DNA of 32,000 nucleotides from positions 660,001 to 692,000 of the forward strand of contig CP006915.1 in the NCBI GenBank assembly GCA_000503915.1, in the 5' to 3' direction. This stretch comes from Candidatus Saccharimonadota bacterium. GTDB taxonomy: Bacteria; Patescibacteriota; Saccharimonadia; Saccharimonadales; Saccharimonadaceae. Shown piece after piece: positions 1 to 7,440 of the stretch (within the stretch, counting starts at the first letter, position 1; every line of letters begins with the position of its first letter). Position numbers and translations under genes: made by a program. Under the pieces are notes generated by a model. It did no database searches. It was not told where the DNA came from and was given only the letters and a program-made list of their open reading frames with translations.

Positions 1-160
1 TCATAAGAAACAGGAACCACCAGGCAGAGATAAAGTGAAAGTCCGGTACGAGGCCGGCCATCACCAAGACGCCGTAGCCAAGCAAAACAAGTGGCGCCAC
101 AAGCGCGACGAGCTTTGCGTTACGCGACGTCTTTAGATCGAGAATCCCACCAGACTTCAT
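1..160 (-). CDS. N-terminal part of a small membrane protein (3' end lies outside the window)
   Basis: Not in the ORF track because it runs off the window. The minus-strand ATG at 158-160 opens MKSGGILDLKTSRNAKLVALVAPLVLLGYGVLVMAGLVPDFHFISAWWFLFLM, which is hydrophobic. A TATACT box ends 7 nt upstream of the ATG. Confidence 0.4.
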   Translation of the reverse strand, partial: MKSGGILDLKTSRNAKLVALVAPLVLLGYGVLVMAGLVPDFHFISAWWFLFLM

Positions 161-180
161 ATACCGTAGTATACCCTTTT

Positions 181-870
181 TTAAACAGCCGGGCTATATT
201 TCTTCATCTCGGCTCTAGAGGTTTTATAATTCGGACAGGCAGTCTCGACTAGCGACCAGAATGCTGATGAATGGTTCATCTCCTTGGTGTGAGCAAGCTC
301 ATGGATGATAACGTAGTCGATCAGCTCAAACGGTACCTGCATGAGCGCGATATTCAAACTAATAGTGCCGGTCGTACTGCAGCTTCCCCAGCGCGTACCA
401 GCATGACTGAAACGGAGCTGATTAAAACGGAAGCCGTATTGCTCGGCAAGATAACCAACACGTTTGGGCAAGTAGTGCTTCGCCTCTTTACGAAGTGCGG
501 CAATTGAAGCCTTGCGTACCTCATCGGTAACCTCGCGTGTTTGAAGCGCCTGGTCGCTAGGCACGGAAAGCCACAACTCCTGCCCGCTTTTCTTGAGGCG
601 CATCACATCGCTGGCTACTCGTATGCGGAGCCGGTGGCTTTTGCCGATTGGCAAGCCATCATATAATTCACGGTTTGGTCGGTTTTCGAGAAGACGTCGC
701 AGCTCACGGCGGGATGTGGCGATCATTCGTTTGATACCGAAAAGTGGTACTAGTCTGGGTGCGGAGATGCGCAGTTGCCCATTCGGTGCAACGGTCACTT
801 TCATCGATGCCCGTGACGACGTGCGGCGGATTATGATATCGCCGAACTCATCATCATGAACATGTGTCAT
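181..870 (-). CDS. YgjP-like M48-family metallopeptidase (DUF45)
   Basis: 229-aa ORF. The C-terminal motif DYVIIHELAHTKEMNHSSAFWSLVE (HExxH followed by NHS..FW) is typical of the YgjP/DUF45 family. Its start lies 2 nt after the stop of the upstream gene. Confidence 0.8.
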   Translation of the reverse strand: MTHVHDDEFGDIIIRRTSSRASMKVTVAPNGQLRISAPRLVPLFGIKRMIATSRRELRRLLENRPNRELYDGLPIGKSHRLRIRVASDVMRLKKSGQELWLSVPSDQALQTREVTDEVRKASIAALRKEAKHYLPKRVGYLAEQYGFRFNQLRFSHAGTRWGSCSTTGTISLNIALMQVPFELIDYVIIHELAHTKEMNHSSAFWSLVETACPNYKTSRAEMKKYSPAV

Positions 871-871
871 A

Positions 872-1420
872 TTAGCGTACGACGATCCGTCCGCGTATCG
901 GTGCGCTGCTGTGTGCCGAAATCTCGGCGCGCGGGGCTGATAATTTTTTAAGAACTAGCTTGGCTTGTGAGGCATAGGTATGTTTTCCGCTAATGACCAG
1001 CGGTTGCTCGCTATGGTGAGGAGCAGAAAAACGCTCCGTTCTCTGGTCGAATTCTTGCGCGGTCATTTGGCGTGCCTTTAAGCTACGCTGCCTGGCCGTT
1101 GGCGCGTCCACCTGCACCCAGACGAACAACGGTATGTACCCGGCAGCACGCAGCGTTTTTGCCAGTAGTGTCCGCGCCTGGCGGGTGTCACTCTCGACCT
1201 CAAGAACGATTGACTGGTTGGTTTTTAACAGTTGGTGAAGGAAATGATCAGTCACTTCGGCGGCTTTTTTAGCGTCGTCGACATTCTTTTCGATATATGC
1301 CTGATCAAGGTACGGAGCATTGAAGGTCTCGGCGAACTTGTGTGCAAAGAAGGTTTTGCCGCTGCCAGGTATGCCGACCATCACGATAGCATGGGGAGAA
1401 GTTAAACTCAGCGATTTCAT
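872..1420 (-). CDS. P-loop NTPase/kinase-like ATP-binding protein
   Basis: 182-aa ORF with Walker A motif GIPGSGKT near the N-terminus. TGGTATAAT ends 7 nt upstream of the ATG and there is no Shine-Dalgarno (SD) sequence. Confidence 0.7.
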   Translation of the reverse strand: MKSLSLTSPHAIVMVGIPGSGKTFFAHKFAETFNAPYLDQAYIEKNVDDAKKAAEVTDHFLHQLLKTNQSIVLEVESDTRQARTLLAKTLRAAGYIPLFVWVQVDAPTARQRSLKARQMTAQEFDQRTERFSAPHHSEQPLVISGKHTYASQAKLVLKKLSAPRAEISAHSSAPIRGRIVVR

Positions 1421-1446
1421 ATAGGTGATTATACCAACTTCTGGAG

Positions 1447-2145
1447 CTAACGGCTAGGCATGTCGGTATCTTGGCCGATTTCGAGCAAGGTTTTTATCAG
1501 TTCCTCACGCGATAAATGCGAGGTATCGATCTTGTTGTGCTGCGCTATGACATAGCCTTGGATGATCTGTTTGAGATAAATCGCGTCTTTGCGCCAAAAG
1601 TAGTCAATTTCATAGTGGTCGGTAGAGTTCATGACGCGACTGGAGACGATCAGCGAGCCAAATAGTGGCCCAGTGCTACACGAAACATTCAGTACGTCTT
1701 CGATACGAATACTGATAACATTGGACGACCAAAAGAATGTCCGCTTGGTGATTGTCACCTTGGTGCGATCGACCGTTACCGAGTCTGGGAACAGATTGAT
1801 CGGCAAGATAACCGTTTTAGCACCAGCCAGTAACTGATGCGAAGCCGCCACAATACTGCGCAGGCTCTCTCGCGGGTCGAGAGTTTTACCGTTATGATTC
1901 CTCTTCGGCAACTCACCGCCATTATTATCGACTGGTTTTGGTCGGGCAGCTTGGCCAAACAGAAGACTGTCGGGATGGAGCGCGGAAACGTCTTGTTTGA
2001 GGAATTCTTTCGTCACATCGTAGGTTCTGGTGGCGAAATTGCCCATTTTGCGACTTTGGCGCATTAACATCTCATAGGCTGTCGGTCGCCTCGGTATGAG
2101 GTCGTCGGAAATAGGTGTTGGGTCCAGGAGCTTGTCATCGTCCAT
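1447..2145 (-). CDS. hypothetical protein (C-terminal half possibly bacterial PH-like)
   Basis: 232-aa ORF. Upstream are TGCTATACT and then a GGAGG SD. I recognise no diagnostic catalytic motif. Confidence 0.55.
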   Translation of the reverse strand: MDDDKLLDPTPISDDLIPRRPTAYEMLMRQSRKMGNFATRTYDVTKEFLKQDVSALHPDSLLFGQAARPKPVDNNGGELPKRNHNGKTLDPRESLRSIVAASHQLLAGAKTVILPINLFPDSVTVDRTKVTITKRTFFWSSNVISIRIEDVLNVSCSTGPLFGSLIVSSRVMNSTDHYEIDYFWRKDAIYLKQIIQGYVIAQHNKIDTSHLSREELIKTLLEIGQDTDMPSR

Positions 2146-2298
2146 GCCGCTACCTCCGTTTAGTGTACTTCCAGTATAGCATATAGGTAATCATGACAAC
2201 ATATCTGCCCCGTATTTAATGGATTTTTGTAAGCTTGCTTACACTTTCAGCCAATAAACCTACCTAAACTAAAGTAGTAAACTAAATAAGGAGGATGT

Positions 2299-2511
2299 AT
2301 GGCGGAAGAACGACGCGAGACGGTAGTAGTGGAAGGCGACAGCAAGCACTCCTCAAGTTACGGATGGCTCGTTGCACTGGCGGTCATCATCGTTTTATTT
2401 ATACTATTTTTCGCCTTCGGTGGCTTTAGTATGTTTGGGGGCGACACGAATACGACCGAGACGCCGAGCGTCAACGCCCCTGATACAATTAATGTCCAAC
2501 CTAGCCAATAG
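2299..2511 (+). CDS. small single-pass membrane protein
   Basis: 70-aa ORF. A strong SD (AAGGAGG, 2288-2294) lies 4 nt before the ATG. It has one hydrophobic helix, WLVALAVIIVLFILFFAFGGF. Confidence 0.6.
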   Translation: MAEERRETVVVEGDSKHSSSYGWLVALAVIIVLFILFFAFGGFSMFGGDTNTTETPSVNAPDTINVQPSQ

Positions 2512-2532
2512 CCAATAGCACTACGCGTAAAG

Positions 2533-2742
2533 TTATTCGCCGTTTTTCAGATACTTCCCTGCCACGCTTAGCGCGAAGGATGGCAGGATGATAAAGACGG
2601 TGATAAAGAGCAGCTTTTGCAGCAGCTTATTGAAGTCGGAGTTGTCATTGTCGTTATCGGCGGATGTCAGTATCATCAGAATACCAATGACTCCGAATGC
2701 CAGTGATGCGTAGATAAATACTTTGGTAGCGATTTTTTGCAT
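2533..2742 (-). CDS. small two-helix membrane protein (69 aa, internal start of the 120-aa track ORF)
   Basis: The start at M52 (2740-2742) is preceded by TGCTATACT plus 6 nt. The upstream part of the track ORF overlaps a better-looking ORF in another frame (2780-3145). Confidence 0.5.
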   Translation of the reverse strand: MQKIATKVFIYASLAFGVIGILMILTSADNDNDNSDFNKLLQKLLFITVFIILPSFALSVAGKYLKNGE

Positions 2743-2779
2743 GCCGCTAGTATAGCATGTGCTGATATGTTGGTAATTG

Positions 2780-3145
2780 CTAGGCTGTAATTTCAGGAAC
2801 TTTTTTATGTGTTCCCTCATGCTGTTGGTTCCACTGACGGATGAGAGCCGCGCGTACGCCGGTTTCAATGACTCCTCGCAAGTACAGAAACTCATTGAAC
2901 GTGGTGCCGGAATGCAGAGCTGCTGCCCATTCTATCGCCACTCTTTCCATCATTTCTGCCGCTATCTGCTCCGGGGTATCGTCCGTCTGTAGCCGATTGG
3001 CTACGTTGGTTGCACTCGCAAGCAGACCCTCGGGCGTACTGAGTTCGGGGTAGACCCTCTGCAGATATTCATCAAAACTCTCCTGAGCGATAAAATCTGG
3101 CCTCAGCGAAGGGTCGTCTTCTGGTTAAATCGGTGGCCGCTCCAT
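2780..3145 (-). pseudogene. ORF of unknown function interrupted by an in-frame TAA at codon 7
   Basis: Hand translation gives ATG(3143-3145) GAG CGG CCA CCG ATT TAA(3125-3127), followed by 114 open codons: PEDDPSLRPDFIAQESFDEYLQRVYPELSTPEGLL...IRQWNQQHEGTHKKVPEITA. TGTTATACT lies 6 nt upstream of the ATG. The first in-frame ATG after the stop would leave only 57 aa. Confidence 0.45.
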
Positions 3146-3205
3146 ACTATCAGTATAACACCATAAAAATCTCAGTAGACAAATTTTAATGTTCTATAAT
3201 CCAAT

Positions 3206-3238
3206 CATAAAATAAAACGTTCGCCTGCGGCGAACGTT
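3206..3238 (-). terminator. rho-independent terminator downstream of the SemiSWEET gene
   Basis: Perfect 10-bp stem AACGTTCGCC/GGCGAACGTT (3216-3225 with 3229-3238) and a 3-nt loop. On the minus strand it is followed by TTTATTTT. Confidence 0.65.
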
Positions 3239-3287
3239 ACTCATGCAAATTGGCAGCCCCCTAGTGGACGCAGTTAGAACTTTTGAT

Positions 3288-3593
3288 TTAACTAAAAAGC
3301 ACAATTCCTAATAGCATCGCTATGTATATTACAAGCCATAATGCGCCCTCGATTACTAATGGCTTTAATTTTTTACTTATCGCATATGCTAAAAATATTG
3401 AACCGAATATTACATAGAGTGCGAAGCTGACCAATGACAAACTTGTTACATCTTTAGAGCTGTACACTTGAATAATCTGAGGAACTGCAGTAAATGGATA
3501 TGCAAATGAAGCAAAATACATCAGCTTATCGATAGCTGTCATCTTATTTTTATTCTTGAGATGTTGGTGGAGTTGATGTCTGTGAAATATCAT
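3288..3593 (-). CDS. SemiSWEET / PQ-loop sugar transporter
   Basis: About 85-100 aa with three predicted TM helices and the motif FTAVPQIIQVYSSKDVTSLSL (PQ-loop). An alternative start is at M18 (3542). The gene is visibly AT-rich. Confidence 0.7.
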   Translation of the reverse strand: MIFHRHQLHQHLKNKNKMTAIDKLMYFASFAYPFTAVPQIIQVYSSKDVTSLSLVSFALYVIFGSIFLAYAISKKLKPLVIEGALWLVIYIAMLLGIVLFS

Positions 3594-3627
3594 TATTAGC
3601 TTAGTATATACTATCGTGCCTATGCTC

Positions 3628-3650
3628 GGCAGGGGCAGCAGGATCTGAAT
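3628..3650 (-). repeat. partial duplicate of the tRNA-Trp 3' end (att-like direct repeat)
   Basis: GGCAGGGGCAGCAGGA at 3628-3643 is identical to 3799-3814 (tRNA acceptor/T-arm 3' side). Similarity continues through TCTGAA versus CTTGAA. Confidence 0.6.
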
Positions 3651-3797
3651 GGACTTGCTCCTCGAATAACTGAAGCTATCTCGTCGGCCAAGCTCTTAAA
3701 ACTCAAACAGCCATACTAGGCTGTTTTCGCCTATCGGTTCAAATCGGCTGCTCTTTCAAAATAAAATCACCAACACAGGGTGCCGATGGTTTTATTT

Positions 3798-3873
3798 TGG
3801 CAGGGGCAGCAGGACTTGAACCTACGACACCTGGTTTTGGAGACCAGTGCTCTACCAACTGAGCTATGCCCCT
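3798..3873 (-). tRNA. trnW: tRNA-Trp (anticodon CCA), 3'-CCA encoded
   Basis: Minus-strand read: AGGGGCATAGCTCAGTTGGTAGAGCACTGGTCTCCAAAACCAGGTGTCGTAGGTTCAAGTCCTGCTGCCCCTGCCA. It has a 7-bp acceptor stem, anticodon loop CTCCAAA and T-loop GGTTCAAGTCC. Confidence 0.93.
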
Positions 3874-3911
3874 GTACATCATCAGATTGTAACAAATTTT
3901 ACTCTTTAGGG

Positions 3912-4877
3912 CTACTTGTCTTTTTGTTTTTGAATTCGCACAGCACGGCGGAAGCGTCGCTCGGTAGCCGGATCGGCATAGCGGACGATCGGATCGCTGA
4001 CGAGTGCGCGGTTTTTCTTTTGTGCGCTCCTATTGGCTTTTTGCAATGCGCTGACAAAATAGTTTTCGATCAGCCATTCCCTACCTGGTACGGTGTGACC
4101 TTCGATGGTAATCATCCAGAGATCGTCACTCCATTTCTCGACGTATTTGATCGTCAGTGCGCTAGCAATGAGCATTGGGCCAGTGGGCAGCGTTTTGATA
4201 GTCTTTTTGATGAGTCGCTCACCAATTTCCCGATCATTTACTAGCACATCGACTGCCAGGGTACGGACGCCATTGGGAGTTACATGCACAGCATCGATTT
4301 TCTGATTATGAACCCAGATCACTTCGCCGCTCAAGCTGCGTAATCTCGTAGAGCGCAATGTCAGACGCTCCACGACGCCAGTCATTTCGATGAATGGCTC
4401 AATCTTGATGTAGTCACCAACCGTAAACCAACGCTCGATGATCATGGTAGCTCCGGCGGTAATGTCACGCAACCAAGTACCAACGGTCTGCCCTGCTACT
4501 ACTATAAAGACGGCACTAGCACCAATAGCGGCTGCACCGCTACCACCGAGACGACTACTACCCTCTGGGCTGAGAATCCGCCAGACAATGTAAGCCACAA
4601 TGGCCACAATTAATACGCGCACAACAGCGACAGTCACCCCGAGATACGTTTCGACTTGTCGTAGACGCAAGGCTTTTAGCGCATCCGATTCATTATCCGA
4701 GCGAACCGATACCTGCTGGGCGATGATGATAATAAATTTGGCAACAAATCGGCTGAACCAATACGTTACCACGATCGATGCGAGAAGGATAAGAATAGAG
4801 CGATACGGGTTTGCATCGGTAAAGAAGCGGACGGTTTGGCTGGCGGCCTGGTCAATGAAGGAAGGGTCGTTGGTCAC
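3912..4877 (-). CDS. MscS-family mechanosensitive ion channel
   Basis: 321 aa with N-terminal TM helices and the beta-domain motif WFTVGDYIKIEP...GVVERLTLRSTRLRSLSGEVIWVHNQKI. GTG start, with TGTTACAAT ending 8 nt upstream. Confidence 0.8.
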   Translation of the reverse strand: MTNDPSFIDQAASQTVRFFTDANPYRSILILLASIVVTYWFSRFVAKFIIIIAQQVSVRSDNESDALKALRLRQVETYLGVTVAVVRVLIVAIVAYIVWRILSPEGSSRLGGSGAAAIGASAVFIVVAGQTVGTWLRDITAGATMIIERWFTVGDYIKIEPFIEMTGVVERLTLRSTRLRSLSGEVIWVHNQKIDAVHVTPNGVRTLAVDVLVNDREIGERLIKKTIKTLPTGPMLIASALTIKYVEKWSDDLWMITIEGHTVPGREWLIENYFVSALQKANRSAQKKNRALVSDPIVRYADPATERRFRRAVRIQKQKDK

Positions 4878-5011
4878 AGCTCTTTATTGTAACATGACGT
4901 GCCGAGTCCTACCCTGTGAGCAAGTAGCTTGCAAAAAGCATAAGCACCTCTGTATAATGTGGACAGAATTAAACATAAGGAAGTCTTCTTCGAAAAGCGC
5001 AAAAAGGTGGT

Positions 5012-6214
5012 ATGAACATATTGATGCTTGGGTGGGAGCTGCCGCCACATAACAGCGGTGGACTTGGCGTGGCTTGTTACCATTTGTCAAAAGCCTTAAG
5101 CCTTCAGGGTGCATCGATTGATTTCGTTGTGCCTTATCAGGGGACTCATCCCGAAGCTTCATTTATGAATGTACTGAGCGCGACAACTCTTTCTCCTCTT
5201 GAGCGTTATGGGCTTGGTGCTTACGATAGCGCCGTTGTCTCACCGGAGGAAACGAATCTTGGCGATATGCGTAGCGTCCAGAAACGCTATGGAAAGTTTG
5301 TCGAGAAGCTGCTCGAGACTTCTCGCCCCGATGCGATCCACGCGCACGACTGGCTAACGATGGAAGCGGGGATACTCGCCAAAAAACGCACTGGTGCACC
5401 GCTCATCGTACATGTTCATGCTACGGAGTTCGACCGTGCCGGCGGTACGTATGGCAACCCACTGATTCACGAGATCGAAGAACAGGGCTTACTGATGGCC
5501 GACCAAGTTATTGCCGTCAGCAATGTAACGAAGGCATTGATCGTCCAGCGCTATAAGGTGCCAGCGGAGAAAGTTCAGGTAGTCCACAACGCCTTTGAGG
5601 CGGCGGACTTCGTCGGTCACGAATATAATGAGCGAACGTACCGTTACCTAGAAAGTCTCAAGGACGAGGGTTATACGATCGTCGCCACGGTAACCCGCTT
5701 TACGCTGCAAAAAGGTCTGGTGCATTTGTTAAAAGCGGCGGCACGATCATTGGAGCGCTATGATAAACTAGTCTTCTTGCTGGCCGGTGATGGCGATCAG
5801 CGTGACGAACTGCTGCGACTCAGCGCCGACCTTGGTATTGCCGACAAAATAATTTTTACTGGTTTTGTGCGTGGACAACAGTGGCGCGACGTCTACCATG
5901 TGGCCGACATATTCGTTATGAGCTCAGTGAGCGAGCCGTTTGGTCTGACTGCGCTGGAAGCGGCTCATCATGATAATGCGCTCATCATCACCAAGCAATC
6001 CGGTGTCGGTGAAGTGCTCGACAGTATTTTTCGCTATGATTTCTGGGATGAAGAGAAACTAGCCGATCAGATCGTAGGGCTGGCGTTGTCAACGGCACTC
6101 ATGCACGAAATGCGCAGTAATATAAAGCAGGAATACGCTCGTTTATCCTGGGATCAGGTAGCCAGGACTTGCCTGGCGCTTTATCGCGGCGTGCCGTCTG
6201 GAGTGAAAATATGA
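5012..6214 (+). CDS. GT-B glycosyltransferase, alpha-glucan (glycogen) synthase-like (GT4/GT5 type)
   Basis: 400 aa. The N-terminus MNILMLGWELPPHNSGGLGVACYHLSKAL resembles the GGL motif of glycogen synthases. The C-terminal SEPFGLTALEA is the retaining GT-B motif. Confidence 0.8.
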   Translation: MNILMLGWELPPHNSGGLGVACYHLSKALSLQGASIDFVVPYQGTHPEASFMNVLSATTLSPLERYGLGAYDSAVVSPEETNLGDMRSVQKRYGKFVEKLLETSRPDAIHAHDWLTMEAGILAKKRTGAPLIVHVHATEFDRAGGTYGNPLIHEIEEQGLLMADQVIAVSNVTKALIVQRYKVPAEKVQVVHNAFEAADFVGHEYNERTYRYLESLKDEGYTIVATVTRFTLQKGLVHLLKAAARSLERYDKLVFLLAGDGDQRDELLRLSADLGIADKIIFTGFVRGQQWRDVYHVADIFVMSSVSEPFGLTALEAAHHDNALIITKQSGVGEVLDSIFRYDFWDEEKLADQIVGLALSTALMHEMRSNIKQEYARLSWDQVARTCLALYRGVPSGVKI

Positions 6215-7440
6215 TCAAGCCTGGCATTACTCTCTATCTCCATGTTCATCAGCCGTGGCGGGTACGACGCTACTCGATCTTTGATACCGCCCAGCGTCAT
6301 GATTACTTTAACGACCAAGACCACTCGTCCGAACGGAATAATCGCTATATTTTAGAAAAGGTCGCCGATAAGTCATACCGGCCGATGAATGCCCTGCTCG
6401 AAAAACTACTCGGGAGGCATCCGGAGTTCAAGCTTTCACTCAGTATTACCGGTACCTTTATCGAGCAATGCGAGCAGTGGGCACCGGATGTGCTGGCAAG
6501 TTTTCAGCGGTTGGTGGATACCGGCCGGGTTGAGATTGTGGCGGAGACGTACCACCATTCACTAGCGTTTTTCTACAGTCATGATGAATTTGAGCGTCAG
6601 GTGGCGCTGCACGAACAGAAGATCCAGGAGCTATTTGGCATCAAGCCGACAGCTTTTCGCAACACCGAGCTGGCGTATAATGATGAGCTGGCCAAATGGG
6701 CGGATAACCGTGGCTATAAAGCGATTTTGGCCGAGGGGTGGGATAAGGTGTTGGGCTGGCGAAGCCCTAATTATCTCTATAAACCAGCGAACACACACCA
6801 GATCGGCCTATTGCTCAAAAACTATCGCCTAAGCGATGATGTTGCCTTTCGATTTAGCGACAAACAGTGGCCGCAGTATCCCCTGTCCGCCAATACCTAT
6901 ACCGCGTGGGCAGAGACCGCTCTCAACAACGGACCACTTATCAACTTGTTTATGGACTACGAAACATTTGGTGAACACCAGTGGGAAGATACCGGTATCT
7001 TTTCATTCTTTGAACAGTTCGTCGGTCGGTGGCTGAGCGGCGGCCAGCATACTTTTTATACTGTTTCTGAGGCTGCGACGACATTTTCTCCTGCCGGAGA
7101 GATATCTATGCCAGAAACGGTTACTTGGGCCGATACAGAACGCGATCTCACCGCTTGGCTTGGCAATGGCATGCAGCGCGAGGCAATGCGCTACCTCTAT
7201 AGCATGGAAGACGATATTATCCGGACGGGCGACCTGGGATTGATCGCTGACTGGCGCAGTCTCCTTACTTCCGACCACGTCTACTACATGTGTACCAAAT
7301 GGTTCCATGACGGTGACGTACACGCCTATTTCAGCCCCTATGATTCTCCTTATGATGCATTTCTCTATGTTATGAATGTGATTAGAGACCTGCGCTACCG
7401 ATTAATGGCCTATCATCATGTGGGAGGCGGCCATGGCTAG
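6211..7440 (+). CDS. glycoside hydrolase family 57 protein
   Basis: The start at MIKPGITLYLHVHQPWR (H-x-HQP motif of GH57) overlaps the upstream stop as ATGA (6211-6214). FRNTELAY and MDYETFGEHQWE segments are consistent with the GH57 catalytic regions. Confidence 0.8.
   Translation: MIKPGITLYLHVHQPWRVRRYSIFDTAQRHDYFNDQDHSSERNNRYILEKVADKSYRPMNALLEKLLGRHPEFKLSLSITGTFIEQCEQWAPDVLASFQRLVDTGRVEIVAETYHHSLAFFYSHDEFERQVALHEQKIQELFGIKPTAFRNTELAYNDELAKWADNRGYKAILAEGWDKVLGWRSPNYLYKPANTHQIGLLLKNYRLSDDVAFRFSDKQWPQYPLSANTYTAWAETALNNGPLINLFMDYETFGEHQWEDTGIFSFFEQFVGRWLSGGQHTFYTVSEAATTFSPAGEISMPETVTWADTERDLTAWLGNGMQREAMRYLYSMEDDIIRTGDLGLIADWRSLLTSDHVYYMCTKWFHDGDVHAYFSPYDSPYDAFLYVMNVIRDLRYRLMAYHHVGGGHG

Noticed and set aside
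3735-3747. CGGTTCAAATCGG, reminiscent of a tRNA T-loop, between the att-like repeat and tRNA-Trp
   Set aside because: The flanking bases do not form a T-stem or any other cloverleaf arm on either strand.
3780-4244. 154-aa plus-strand ORF starting over the tRNA-Trp gene
   Set aside because: Its first 30 codons are simply the antisense of tRNA-Trp, and the rest is antisense to the MscS gene. It is not a credible gene.
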